Under the pieces are notes generated by a model. The model worked only from the letters and a program-made list of their open reading frames with translations, searched no databases and had not been told where the DNA came from. This document shows, piece by piece, positions 26,900-41,282 of a stretch of 64,000 bases of DNA (within the stretch, counting starts at the first letter, position 1; each line of letters begins with the position of its first letter). Source of the DNA: the human T2T-CHM13v2.0 reference genome, Homo sapiens. A program made the translations under genes and the position numbers. The stretch lies in assembly GCA_009914755.4 (NCBI GenBank), contig CP068257.2:34912001-34976000 (forward strand). Direction: 5' to 3'.

Positions 26900-29800
26900 T
26901 CTCTCTATCTTTTGGTGGTAAGAATATTTAACATGAGATCCAGCCTCTTAAATTGTATGAGCGTGCAGTACAGCACTGTTAATTATAGGCACAAAATTGT
27001 ACAGCATCTCTAGAACTTAATCATCTTGCATAATTGTAACTTCATACCAGGTGAAAAGCAACTGCCCATTTCTCCCTCCCTCTAGTTCCTGACAACCACC
27101 ATCTACTCTCTGCTTCTGTGAGTTTCACTATTTTCGCTCCTCATATAGGTGGGCTCAAACAGTATTTGCCTTTCTGTGACTGGCTTACTTTATTTAGCAT
27201 AATGGCCTCCAAATTTATCTATGTTGTCTCATATTGTAGAATTTCTTACTTTTTTAGGGCTGAATAATATTCCATTGTATGTATATACATTGTCTTTATC
27301 CATTCATCTGTCAGTGGACATTTTAGGTTGTTGGCACATCTTGATTATTGTGAATAATGCTGTAATGAACATGAGAGTGATAATATCTGTTTAAGATCCT
27401 GATTGCATTATTTTGGATAAATAATATTCACATGTGGGATTGCTGGAAAACATGATAATTCTATTTTAACTTTTTTGAGGAAACTCCATGCTGTTTTCCA
27501 TAGTTGCTAAAACATTTTACATTTCCACCAAGAGTGAACAAGCGTTCCAACTTCTCCACATCCTTGCCAACTCTTATCTTAAAAAAAAAATGCCATCCTA
27601 GTAGATGTGAGGTAATATCTCATTGTGGTTTTGATTCGCATTTCCTTGATGATTAGTGACGTTGACCATCTTTTCAAATACCTGTTGGCCATTTGTAAAT
27701 CTTCTTTACAGAAATATCTACTCAGGTCTTTTGCTCAATTCCTAAATTGGGTTATTTGGTTTTCTGCTATTGGGTTGAAAGAGTTCTCTTATATATTTTG
27801 GAGATTACCCCCATCAGATACGTTATTTGCAAATATTTCCTCCCATTCTCTACGTTATCTTTTTACTCTGTGGGTTGTTTTCCTTGGCTATGCAGAAGAT
27901 TTTTTAGTTTGATGTAATCCCATTTGCCTATTTTTGCTTTTGTGGCTTACATTTTGGTTGTCATATCCAAAAAATCATTGCCAAGACCAATGTCATGAAG
28001 TTTTTCCTTAATGCTTTCCTCTAGAGGTTTCAGGTCTTAGGTTAATCTTTAATCTATTTTGAGTTGATTTGTGTGTATGGTTCAAGATAATGGTCCAATT
28101 TCATTCTTTTGCTTGTGGATATGTAGTTTTCCCAGCACCATTTGTTGAAGAGACTGTCCTTTCTCTGGTGTACCGGTATTACTGTCACCCTTGTCAAAAA
28201 TCAGTTGATTGTATATCTGTGGGTTTATTTCTGGGTTCTTTATTCTGTTCCTGTTCCTTTGGCCTATATGTCTGCCTTTATGCCAGCACCATACTGTTTT
28301 ATTTACTGTAGATTGTAATATATTTTTAAATTAGAACATGTGATGCCTCCAGCTTTGTCCTTTCTTAAGATTGTTTTGGTAATTTGGGGTCCTTTCTGGT
28401 TTCATATGAATTTTAGGATTTTTTTTCTGTTTCTTTGAAAAATGCCATTGGAATTTTGATAGAGATTACAATGAACTTGTAAATTGCTTTGGGTAGTATG
28501 AATCTTTTTAAACAATATTAAGTCTTCTAATCCATGAACATGGGATACTTTTCTATTTATTTGTGTCTTCTCCAATTTATTTCATCAATATTTTGTAGTT
28601 TTCAGCATACAAGACTCTTTTACTTCCTTAGTTAAGTTTATTCCTTTGTGTGTGTGTGAAAGCCAGTTTATAAAGACAGGAAAGGAATAAAGAATGGCTA
28701 CTCTGTAGGCAGAGCAGCCTATTATTCCTGTTTTTTATTTTTTTGGTGCTATTATAAAGGAAATTATTTTTAAATTTCCTTTTCAGATAGTTTACTGTTG
28801 GTGTATAAATTGCAACTCATTTTTGATGTTGATTTTGTATCCTGTGCCTTTACTGAATTCATTTATTACTTCTAACAAGGTGGGGTTTTTTTTTTTGTGG
28901 AATTGTGAGGGTTTTCTACATATGAGATCATGTCATCTGCAAACAGATAATTTTACTTCTTTCTTTTCAATTTAGATGCTTGTCCTTGTCTGGAGTTATA
29001 TTTTGATGCCATGAAGACATTTTATTTATATGTAATGTTTATATATTTTAAAGATTTGTGCCAAGGGAGTATACTTAACAAAAATTTAAATCACTTTAAA
29101 AATCTTTGCCTTACTGCTCTTACAAGGACTTCCTGTACTGTGTTGAATAGAAGTGGTGAGAATGGGCATCCTTACCTTGTTCCTTATCTTAGAAGAAAAG
29201 CTTTCAGTTTTTTACTGTTGAGTATGTTAGCTGTAAGCTTTTCATATATGGCCTTTATGTTTAGGTCATTTTTTCCTATTCCTAGTTTGTTGAGAGTTTT
29301 ATTTTATTTTATTTTATTTTATTTTTTAGTTTGAGACTAAGTTTCGCTCTTGTCGCCCAGGCTGGAGTGCAATGATTTCAGCTCACTGTAACCTCCGCCT
29401 CCTGGGTTCAAGTGATTCTCCTGCCTCAGCCTCCCAGGTAGCTGGGATTATAGGCACCCGCCACCACGCCCAGCTAATTTTTGTATTTTTAGTAGAGACG
29501 GGGTTTCGCCATGTTGGCCAGGTTGGTCTTGAACTCCTGACCTCAGGTGTCCCGCCCACCTTGGCCCCACAAAGTGCTGGGATTACAGGCCTGAGCCACC
29601 CAGGCTGGCTGAGAGTTTTTATCATGAGGGTTACAAAAACCTGTCAACTGTCCTTTCTGCACCTATTGAGATTATCATGTGATTTTTTTTGATAACATGG
29701 ATGAATTCATTTCTTAAGATTTGAGTGCAAACTTAAAAACAAGAACAAACAAAGCTTTTCATCAAGGATAAACATAAAATCTAAACAATTCTGCAATTGT

Positions 29801-30830
29801 TCATTTTAACAGAAAGTACAAATATGAATACATTATAATTTGTAACTGCATTTAAAAACTAAAATATTTCTCTCCAAATCCAAAACACCACACAATCTTT
29901 AATCTGTTCTCATCTTGTTACCCTAGAAACATTTGTCATATGCTATCAGGAAAATATAGGCAATAATTACTAATCAGTTTTTCATGATCAAAGGAACATT
30001 ATTCTCCTTAATGGTGACTTTTTGAATCATTTATCTGTATTTCATTTCTGAAATATCATACCATTATACCTCCACTCTAGAGAAAAAAAGAATAAATACA
30101 AATATCAAGGAGGCAGGAACGTTCATGGAATTAAAGCAAAAGTCACAAGTGTTTGACTTAGAAATGTACATAGTGTAGCAAATTTTTAAAGTACAACTTT
30201 AGTTGATGGCTGATGTGTATGTAATAATTGTGAACAATTTAAACAGGTATAAAAATGTGAGATCAAAATCTTTAGGCTCAAATACTTATACACATTTTAC
30301 GTTAGTCATTTCTTTCTATTCCTAGTTTGTTGAGAGGTTTTTTTTTTTTTGAGACAGATTTTCGCTCTTGTCGCTATGAATATGGAAAGATTTGTTTACA
30401 TAAATATCTATATTTTTAGATGAAAAATCAAGGGGTAGTGGCATCTTCCTGGTCCCTTAACTATATTTGGATTTTTGCAAAGAATTAGTGGCATCCAACC
30501 TTAAGTGTGAATTATGTGTTTCTAAAGGACCTATATAACAGATTAGTTGGCAGTGTTCTAACTTTCGAGAGATGGGGGCGGATCGGAGGTGCAAATATCT
30601 GAGATAAGTGCATATCATGTGATTTTTATCTTTTATTCTGTGAATGTGCTATTTTACATGAATAGATTTTTGCATGTTGAACCGTTCTGGATTTCCCAAG
30701 GATATACTTCACTTGTCTTTGGTAAATGGGTAGTGATGGTGTCACTTAGTCATGGTGTATGATCCTTTTTAATTCTTCCTTGTTTCTGAGTAATTTTTTA
30801 GTTGAAAAGTCTCTAATAGTGGGCATAGAA
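26900..30830 (-). mobile_element. L1 LINE (L1MA/L1PB-like), antisense: 3'UTR at left running into ORF2; interrupted by an Alu (29299-29603) and a 926-bp insertion (29688-30613)
   Basis: Antisense L1 hallmark strings: CTGACAACCACCATCTACTCTCTGCTTCTGTGAGTTTCACTATTTT; GGCTGAATAATATTCCATTGTATGTATATACA; CATTCATCTGTCAGTGGACATTTAGGTTG; TAATATCTCATTGTGGTTTTGATTCGCATTTCCTTGATGATTAGTGACGTTGA; CAGCACCATTTGTTGAAGAGACTGTCCTTTCTC; GATCATGTCATCTGCAAACAGATAATTTTACTTC; resumes CATATCATGTGATTTTTATCTTTTATTCTGTGAATGTGC...TTGAACCGTTCTGGATTTCCCAAGGATA. Confidence 0.85.
29299..29603 (-). mobile_element. Alu SINE nested in the L1, reverse orientation, (ATTTT)n tail, TSD gagagtttt
   Basis: (attttattttattttatttt)tagTTTGAGACTAAGTTTCGCTCTTGTCGCCCAGGCTGGAGTGCAATG...GGATTACAGGCCTGAGCCACCCAGGCTGG; ttgagagtttt before, ctgagagttttt after. 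Confidence 0.9.
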
Positions 30831-32078
30831 AATGTGAAAATATTTGTTGTTACTACAATTCAGATGTGCAGAAAATGTTGCTCTTTATTTTTTCCAAAAT
30901 GGATCTGATCTTCCTTAACAAGTCCCTATCCACTAGGTAGAAGAGAAAAAAGTGTATTATAAGCCTAGTCCCATCCATAACACAGTGCATCTCAAACTAT
31001 CTGTGGTAAGAAATTCTTTTTTGTTGTTGTTTGTTTTTAATTTCTAACCAGTTGCAGATACTTTCATAAAATCCAAGAGAAATGAATTACTGGGAAATAA
31101 AAGTTCTAAAAGCATACAAAACATAATCTTATATTTTTTATGATTGGTTTCAATAAGCATGAAATTATTCTGCTACAAGAACTTCTCAACACCTACCCTC
31201 AATTTTTGTACCTTTTTCATCCCATGCCGGCAACAGTTTGTGGATGTGTCGCAATCCTCAGACCCACTCTGAGTGGTTTAAACAGACTCCAAGGGCTTAA
31301 CTAGACCTATCGGTTAAGCAGTGTCTGGGCCTGTGGAGGAAAGAGGAGAGTTTCCATGCTCAGGGACAGGGAGAAGAGACCTGGTCTTGTTGCAGGTCTG
31401 TGGGTGGTGCTGGCTGTTCCCCACTGGGGTGGGCAGCCACACGATGTCCATGGCTGATGGAACCAAGGGAAATTTTTTCTTGACCTGTTAGGACCAACGG
31501 GCTACCTCTCTTGACTTGGGGGAGGACAGGAAACCCTTTGGGATTCTGCCACAGCCTCCATCTGCCTCTGGACACCATCAGACACAGGTCACTTGGTTCC
31601 CGCCATAGTGGGCCACTTGGCTGCCCCGCTGCCCCTCAGCTTAGCTATCTAGTGGCCACAGTTTAGAGCCACTAGACCCTCTCTGCCACACGCAGCTCTT
31701 CCACTCTCTTGGTTTCTCAGAGGTCCTCTGTGTTGGTGAGGAACCATCCAGCAAAGTAATGTTGCCCCAGTAGAAAGCATGATGTGAACCCTCTGTCTTC
31801 TCTACTCACTTCAATGTAGCAAATGCACCTCCCTCTCCCTGAGTCTCAGCCAGGAGAGGTGTATTAAGACCCACACATCTCACGGCTGACTCCTCCTTCT
31901 GTAGGCTACTTATGTCCCACAGTCCTCTAGGGCTGGAAGGAGCAGGCACCACTCCCTCCTTTTTTTCTGGATACAAACCTCTATGGTTTGGTCCTTCAAG
32001 CCTGGCTCTTGGTATGCCAGTGGGATAGACAAAGATTGAAGGAACCCTTTCTCTCAAAAAGACTTGACTTTCAAGACT

Positions 32079-32130
32079 CTTGTTTTGCTGCAAAAAAATC
32101 CTGTTTTGCTGCAAAAAAATCCTGTTTTGC
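32079..32130. repeat. Tandem 21-mer x2.5 (CTGTTTTGCTGCAAAAAAATC)
   Basis: cttgttttgctgcaaaaaaatcctgttttgctgcaaaaaaatcctgttttgc. Confidence 0.9.
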
Positions 32131-35100
32131 ATAACAGAAGTTGAAAATGAATTTTTCCTTTTCTCTGCATTCCTTCTGCAATATTCCTAAGGTCCTTGGT
32201 GCATGAAAATGCAGCAAAGAAGGCTATTATTACAATCATCTCTGAGGGATGATAGATCCTCTAGCTAATGTGTATTCATAGGGGTAATGTCTCTGATTAA
32301 TCCATCAGCACCATTGTCACACAGGGAAACAGATACCCTGAAGAAGAGGACTAGGATGGGTACTGTTGAAAGAGGGTGGGAAATCTGGCAGGGTATGGCT
32401 TTCTATGGGGCTTCATGAGCCTGCATCTCAGACCCTCTTTGGCAGATTTGAGTCACCAGGAGGGACCCAAGGGCAGGAAGTAGGCTACAGCCAAGAGATG
32501 GGCACCAAGAGGAAACAGGAAACACATGGGACATCCACTTCGTAATTCTGCACCCAGCTCATTCTTCAGCTAAGTACTAAGCTTATTCCCATTTTCTGGC
32601 TCTTAAACCATAACAAGACCTCTTCTGAAATATTCCTGAGGAAAAGGACCTATTTTCTTCTCTAAGGAAAAGCCCCACCAAGTCTCCAGAGTTGATCGCT
32701 TCCAACCCATGTGTCATCTTGTGTTTATGATTTTCCCATCAGTTTTGCTTTAAAAATTAATTTTTAATAATCTCTAAAGAAATGCGTTCACCCTTATCTT
32801 TAAAATATTCAAAGGATCCCCTATCCATTCTGTGCTTTTTTTTTTTTCATGAGCAAATTACATCTGGCCTCTTTCCCGCCTGGGGAATAGGCAGTGATCA
32901 TCTGGGATGGAGACTTGGCTGGTTCTCAGCGCAGTCAAGCGGTGTAGTTTTGTGGTGAGCCCACTGGCCTGGGAATTCTAATAACCCTGGCTTCATGGGT
33001 AATTTGGGGTAAGTTATTCATTCTGTTCTTCATCTGGCTCCTCTGCAAAATGGGGCAAATAATAATATGGCATGATTTCGAAGCCATAACAAGATGATGG
33101 AAATGAAAGTGGTCACCTTCATCTAAACATGAACTTGGGTGCTGCAAAAATGCAGAATGAAATGTTATCATTCTTCAGGGGAGTCATATTTCATGAAGAC
33201 CTCTGTGTTTTAATCACTAACTTAAAAATAAAAGTAAAAGAAGGAAAGGAAAAAAATTAATGATAGCAGCCTGAGATGCATGGGCTACATTCTCTGCTGC
33301 TTAGAGAACAAGAAAATGCATGACACTGTTTTGAAAAGTTAATCACGGAGGGCTTTGAAGGGTTTCATCTAGAACAAGTTGCAGGTAATATTGGAAAAAG
33401 ATTGGAGTCATAGCATCTCCGTGCATTATTGGGGTTTTAAATCCTAAATCACTACATACAGTGCATATTCTGGTTTAGGCTACCCAACTGGATATGTTGG
33501 CCTGGTTTCCTTACCGTAGCGCTCTCTGTTAATAACTAAACATGTTGGAGAAAAAAAAAAAGCAGGGCTTTTTTCAAAGTTGCAAGTCAATGTGCTGTAA
33601 ACATGGGTCTGAGGTTAGGATATTGAATTCCGTGAATAACAACAATCTGTCTTACTCCATTAATCAGAGGTTTACAATCCCTACAGTCTTATGAGCCATA
33701 GGGCCGTCACTGATAATTCTCTGTCAAAGAGAAATGGAATCATCTAGACATGTGCTTAAAGAGGAATTTTTCCCCTTGTTGATTTTATGTAGGAAACGAT
33801 TATTAGAAAATGTTGGCTCCCATGGAGGTTCGGAGACTGTGGGAAGAGACCTCATGGTGGGGATAGTGGAGATGCGAAAGACACGTGGAGCCTTTTGGCA
33901 GACAGGGCTCAGCAAAAAGAGGTCCAGCAATTTGTTGGGCAAGGTCTCTGCGTGGTCTCCTCTGGGACCTATTCCAGAGCAGTGAAACTAATAATCCTCA
34001 AATTCACTCCCTCTCCCCCAGGCGCCATTACACCATATTTGAATTATGTTATCAAAGAGACAGACGTGGATTCAGTTCTGATCCCCCAGACTCTTAAGGA
34101 AACGTGCCCCTTCCCTAATGGGAAAGTGTATTCGATGACCTGAAAGTTCACATGCCTTAAATCTGGCCGCCCTACTCCCCAGTCCTGGGCTGCACCCTCG
34201 TTCTGTGGAGTTCTGAGAAATGCCGAAGATGAGGCAGGTGGCAAATGTGGCTCCCTGAGAGCTAAACCTGACATCAAACCAGGAGCTTGGCTCAGTGTTT
34301 GTCAGCAAAATTAGCCTTTTCTTGCAGTGTTATATAAATTTTCCATAGAAATCTGGCATGTGTCAAGAATATGTGTCAAGAAGGATGCCTGTTTTCCTAA
34401 CTTAGGTGTAATCACCAGGTGCCCTACTTAAATTTATGTGCAAGGGTGCAGGCACCAGAGAAAACTACCAGCTATCGCTAAACCAACAAAAGCCATCAGT
34501 TAGGGATGAAAAGTGTGAAGAGTTGGGATGGAGTTGCCTTCCATTAACACCTCTGATTTGGATCCTTAAGATGACAGAACCACCAGTAAAACCCATTTCC
34601 AGTATCTAGAACAGGTGTGGTTTCGCCCCTGGAGGACAGCCTTGGCTGACACTGAGAGAAGGGGCTGGGATTGAGTCTCTTTGGTGAGCAACCTCCTAGA
34701 TGTAATTCTAGAGTCAATTCCAGGGCGTTTCACCAGAGACCTCAGGTGACGTATATGGCTGTGGTTGTAAAATAATTTCCCACCAAAGATGCCCATGCCC
34801 TCGTCTCCAGAACCCATGAGTATGTTATGTTACATGCAAGGGCAGTGAAGGTTGCAGAGGGAATTAAGGTTGCTAACCAGGTGACTTCAGAATAAGGAGA
34901 TTATCAGGTGAGCCCAATGTAGTACCAAGGGTTCTTAAATGTGAAGGAGAGAGGCAGAAAGTCAGACCCAGTGTGATGTGAGTGAGAAAGACTTGACCAC
35001 CTGTTGCTCACTTTGAAGGTGGAGAAAGGGGCCACAAGCCAAGGAATGCAGGTGGCCTTTAGAAGCTGGAAAAGACAAGCAAGTTGATTCCCCCAGGGCC

Positions 35101-37999
35101 TCCAGAAAGGAACATAGCCCTGCCAATACCTTGATCACAACCCAGTGAGCCTCATTTCTGACCTCTAGAACCGTAGGATAATAACATTTGTGTAGTTTTA
35201 AGCCACTTGGTTGTGGTCACTTGTTACAGCGGCCACGGGAAGCTAACACAGTTCCTCAATGTTTTCCTCTGATTGACACAAGTTACACAAGCACAAATTT
35301 TGCTGTCCTCAGAATCATTCACCTCATGGCATGTCAGGTTGAGAACAGAGGTTGGCTGCACCCCTCATGTGAATTTGAGGTGCAGGGGGTCAGTTTGTCT
35401 CTCAGCCCAGCCCTTGCTGCTGCTGTGAGAATGGGCATGAGGTCACCATCCTCTCTCCCTGGCTCTGTTGAAAGATTGCTGTCTCAAACACCAGAGCCAT
35501 TGGTCCTTCAGAACCAACCCTGCAATTGTATTGCAGCACTGTGGTTTCCCTTTTTCCCAAATCTTTTTTTTTTTTTAAATATGCAACTCTGCCTTGTTGG
35601 AAAGATTCATAAAGCTTAAGATTTCCTTTCCTGGTGTTGTGCTGGTAAACTGGTTCTAAAAGTGGCAGAGTGCTGTATATAGCATTTGCCAATTTCCATC
35701 ATGGCAAATGTCAAGCTACCAGCTTAAGGTTGCTGAATGCGGAGTTGGCAAGAGATGTCCACAGTCTGCACAGGGTGGGCTCCAGCCAACTCTGAACATC
35801 GGGGAGAGGGCCGTTTATGTGCCATGCCCCTGAGCCTTCAGAAAGCCCAGTACCCTGAGAGCAAATTGGCCCCTACCATAAATAGTGCTGTGGAGTCTTC
35901 CAAAGCAGTTGTGCTTTGCTCTACAGCTGGTGCTATAAAAAAGTTCTCTCATCCCCCTTGCCACAGCTGCTCAAGATCCATGGAAATTCAGAAGAGCCAA
36001 GGAGCAGAGTCACAAGCTGTCATAAGTTGATTACAGACATTGGGAACCAGTGGTCAGAGCCAGTTTTAACTCCAGATGGTACTTTCTATAAATCTTTTGT
36101 CCTTTTTACAGTTATTTTTTAGTCTAGTTTGTTTCCAGACATAAGTCTAGTTTGAAAACCATTGAAACTTGAAGCCATCAGTCTTATTTTTTATCATATT
36201 AGCATGTCTAATTTTATATCTATCATACAGAAGGAAGTTAGTAAATCCCACTTCTACCACTGCCTATACCAGGATCTACCTGTTAGTAATTCAGTATGAA
36301 ATACTTAAACCAGTTTGTTGGAGGAATCTTAACACACATATAGGAGATAGCATATGAATGTAATAATATAACCACTAATTTGATGATAACAAGGCATATT
36401 TTATAGGATTGTTAGAAAGATTAAGTGAATTAATATTTGTAAAGCACTCAGTCAACAGTAAGAGTTTGTTAAAGAAATAGAAACCAGTAAATATGACTTC
36501 TTAAAATTGAGAACTTAGATCTCTGACTTAGGAGGAGACTTAGTCAAATATCACCCAGCCCTATGAATGCAAATTTCAGCATCACTAGATCACTTCTCCC
36601 TTCTGGTTTTCACAGAAGCTTTTTTTCTTTTTGGTGACTTCTCAGTCGAACTGGACCCATGCAATGACTCTGTCCTCTGAGTTGAGGCCCTGGGGCCTCA
36701 CGGTCACTGCAGCCCCTCTGCACAAGTGCTTGCTCTTACAATTTATGAGATGCTTCTTGCAGCTGCTCCCTCGGAATGATTTAGATGGCCTTGGCTTGAT
36801 CCCTTCCAAATGTGGGCACCAGCAGGCTGCCATGTGCAAAAGCGTTTTCTTATGTGCACATCAAGACAAAACAGAGAACCAAATCTCCAAAACCTAAATG
36901 AGGTGGCCCATTCACTTCTAGCCCCACTTTCCCTCCAAATTCACCCCAAAGGCCAGGTGAGAGCTCAGCCTCAGCAGGCCCTGATTGCTGGGTTCAGGAC
37001 CATAAATCAGGGGGCTCACGTTGATGGGTGAGGAGGCCGGAAGACATCCGTCTGCCATCGGGAAGAAGGAGGTGCTTGCGGCCACTGGGCTGATTACAAA
37101 CTCGTAAGCTCCTGGGAGTGTCAAGTTTGGGATAAAAGGAAAAGGCAAACATGAAAGATGCTGGAGCTACATTTTCCAGGGCATATCTTCATCCCATCGT
37201 GAATTGATCTGTGGCCCTGGATTGCATCAAGTACGTAATACCTCAAAGTCAGCGAGAAAAGACAGGCTGACATTCAGGACTCACCAACTATTAGGCGGCT
37301 TGGAGGCAGAAGCCTACCCTGCCTCACGTTGGAGCTTTGAGGGCATGCACATTCACATAGATGAACTCAGAGAAGGCTCTTGCCTAGAAATTGAATCCAG
37401 TTTCTTTTTCCTGTATTTGTTTTGCAATCTGCCCTTGGAAGGGAAAGTTGATGTAGAATAGCAATAAATCTCCAAGGCACATCGCTTCAATTAAGAGATA
37501 GAGAAGCCCAGAGGGGCCCAAGAGCTCCAAGGGGAGCCAACCGCAGATTAATGGATGCTGAAGAATGCTGCCTTCCAAGACGGGAACTGGCTGATTTATG
37601 TCTATTCACATATTCTGAAGCCTTTAACTCAGGGGCCTTCCTTAATCACAGCACGATTACATGACCACTTTCATTTAGGGGGCTGGGGGTGAAAGAGTCT
37701 GTTTATTTGATTGAGCTTTAATAACCTAGCTCTTTATTACAATGCTCTTGGTGAAAGCATTTTTGTAAACTGAGAACAGTTTCCATTTAGTGCCCTGGGT
37801 TGCTCTCGTCTCTAGACCCATATACATCCACTTTGGCTGTTCTTCATATGCAAAACATTTGAAACTGTCCAGGCTCCATTCACCTCAAATCCCAGGGGTC
37901 TGAGCAAAATTACCCTGGCCATTTAGTTTATGGAAGGGGGAAGGAGGGAAATCAATGCATTTCCTAGGATAAGCCAAAGTCATTCATTTTTTTTTTCAC

Positions 38000-38165
38000 A
38001 CATTTGTTTCAATCAAAGGGCTTTTATTTAGTACCATTTATTTAGTACCTACTATGTGGACGTTTAACCTACTATATGAGATTCACAAATAAAGATGTTT
38101 CCTTTTCTCATGAGCTCACAGTCTAGTAGGGAAGACAGACAAGAAAATCAATAATTATGGAAGAG
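38000..38165 (-). mobile_element. L2/MIR 3'-end fragment
   Basis: CATTTATTTAGTACCTACTATGTGGACG...CATGAGCTCACAGTCTAGTAGGGAAGACAGACAAG = reverse complement of L2 tail (...CATGGAGCTTACATTCTAGTGGGGGAGACAGACAAT...TATTGAGCACCTACTATGTGCCAGG). Confidence 0.6.
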
Positions 38166-38721
38166 CAAGAGGTCTAGAGAAAGGCAACCGGGAATGGTTC
38201 GGAGAAGCGCTCTGGGATGAGAGGGCCCTAGAGCTGAATATTAAAGGACAAGTGGGAGGTTACAGAGTGGATGGGGTAAGCCAGCTTGACCAGGCAGAAA
38301 CTTGGTTTACCGAGGAATTGCAGGTCACCTGGGCTGGATGGAGCATGGGTGGTGGAAACGGAGCTGCTAAGGTGGACAAAGGGTTCTACTTGACCTGTGT
38401 GACCTACATGGGATGCCCTGCTCAGAACTTCCTTCAAGAAAGCCTTCCTTGCCCCACTTTAGGGTCCACCTGAGCTTTTGAGCCAAGGTCATGCTGATTT
38501 CAGCATTGCCCCAGCCAACCCCTGAGCAATAAGGAGGCACGAAGTCCCAGCTAGGAAAAAAATGCCACCAGTGCGGCATCTTCTATGGGCAGTCTTTGCT
38601 CTGGAGCCCTCTGTCTTTCCCTAGAGCCCCTGGCATGGGGATGGGGCAGTGGGGGACAGTTCCGACAAAGTAACTGCAAACATGCTTTTGGCTGATGACA
38701 AAGCAAGACGTTAAAAGCCTA

Positions 38722-38880
38722 GGCTGGGCACCATGGCTCAGGCCTGAAGTCACAGTTACTTGGGAGGCTGATGTGGGAGGATCGCTTGAGCCCAGGAGGT
38801 TGAAGCTACAGTGAGCCATGATCATGCCACTGCACTCCAGCCTGGGCCACAGAGTGAGACCCTGTCCCAAGAAAAAAAGA
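38722..38880 (+). mobile_element. Internally deleted / half Alu (about 160 bp)
   Basis: GGCTGGGCACCATGGCTCAGGCCTGAAGTCACAGTTACTTGGGAGGCTGATGTGGGAGGATCGCTTGAGCCCAGGAGGTTGAAGCTACAGTGAGCCATGATCATGCCACTGCACTCCAGCCTGGGCCACAGAGTGAGACCCTGTC. Confidence 0.7.
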
Positions 38881-39279
38881 AGGGAAATATTCATTTTTCT
38901 ACACCCTCTTTCCTCTTCTCACAGACACGCCACATATGCCTTTCATTCCTTTAACAGTTCAGACTGGGGCTGTCAGTATGATGCCACTGAACAGGCCATT
39001 TGTATGGCATTGACTGTCCTTTGAATCCAATAACCCATCAACTTATTTGATTAACCAGTTTGACTTTTTTATTATTCATTTCTGAATTGAGTGGTTCTAC
39101 TGGATTTACTATGCTCTGCTGTCTTATAGCCCTAAAGTTACATGAGTGTGGTAAAGCCATTTCCACCAGTAAACTACAAATAATATGGCATTTACAATAT
39201 AAGGACAGTGAATTATTTTATTTCAAAACCCCCAGATAATGAAGTCAATGTCTTACTCTAAAAATTAGTAAATAGTCTC

Positions 39280-39574
<295 letters not shown>

Positions 39575-40962
39575 TAAGTAAATAAAGCGAAAGTGTTAGG
39601 CTATATATCAGCATTACAAAAGAGGCTTGACTTTGAGGGAACACTCTTCATTCTGAAAAAATATGATCGCTAACTAACAGATGTCAAATGAATTATCAAA
39701 TTAGAAAACCACCATTTTGTAACCTTGAATGAATTAACTGATTCGGTCCAGGATCATTAACGGATGTTACAAGTATTCAGGGAAGAGCTGACGGAGAACC
39801 TAATAACCCGCAGAACCAAGGTCCTGTCTCACAAATCATCTGCTGGTCATGAGGGTGGGAAGATGCCTTTGTAATAGGGAGAGAGAGCCATGGGCAGCCT
39901 CCCAACCCAAGCATCAATCTTGGAATCACTGAGTGTGGGTAGCCTGGCACTGATGTGATACAATACAAAATGTACAACTTCAGCAGTGAAGGCTTCTTGG
40001 CAAAAAGTGTTTAACCTGAATTTAATCTGTGAACGCAAAAGTATCTGAGACAGGTCTCAATCCATTTAGAAAGTTTATTTTGTCAAGTTTAAGGACACAC
40101 CTGTGACAGAGCCTCAGGAGGTCCTGATGACATGTGCCCACGGCGGTCAGGGTACAGCTTGCTCTTACACTTTTTATGGAGACACGAGACATCTATTAAT
40201 ACCAGTAAGACGTACACTGATTTGATCTCAAAAGGTGGGACAACTCCGGGGATGGCTTTCAGGTTATAGGTAGATTTAAAAATTTCCTTATTGGCAATTG
40301 GATGAAAGAGTTATTATTTAAAAACCTGGAATCAATAGAACAGAATGTCTAGGTTATGATGATAAGGGATTGTGGAGACCAAAGTTTGTCATGCAGATGA
40401 AGTCTCCAGGTAGCAGGCTTCAGAGGGAATCAACTGTAAAAAGTTTCTTATCAGACTTAAGGTCTGTGTTGATGCTAATGCTGGTCAGCTTTTCCTGAAT
40501 TCCAAAAGGGAGGAGGGTATGATGAGGCATGTCCGACTCCCTCTTCCCATCATGACCTGAACTAGTTTTTTAGGTTGACTTTGGGATGCCCTTGGCTGAG
40601 AGGAGGGTTCCATTCAGATGGTTGAGGGGTACTTAAACTTTCGTTTTTGGTTTACAAGTCAATCTTAAGATCTAACTTCCAATGTACAGGGAGGAACAAG
40701 GACGGCAAACAAAATGCATGGCTGTAAATGAATGTATTCTTATTTTTTAGAATTATGGACATATATATTATGGACATATATAATAAATTAAAACAAACAA
40801 TAGATTGGCATAAATATAGAAAACTACAAATAATTATTTAATCTGGTTGGTGAGTACATGAGTGTTTCTCATGCTATGTGCTCTTCTCTTCTGTGTGTTT
40901 AAATTTTTTTACAATGTAAAATAAAAACAGGAGGATGCTGTAAGAAGAATATTTTAAAATGA

Positions 40963-41282
<320 letters not shown>

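Noticed and set aside
27625-27912. 95-aa plus-strand [30 protein letters not shown]...
   Set aside because: It lies inside the antisense L1 (it translates the reverse complement of ORF2), a common spurious antisense-L1 frame.
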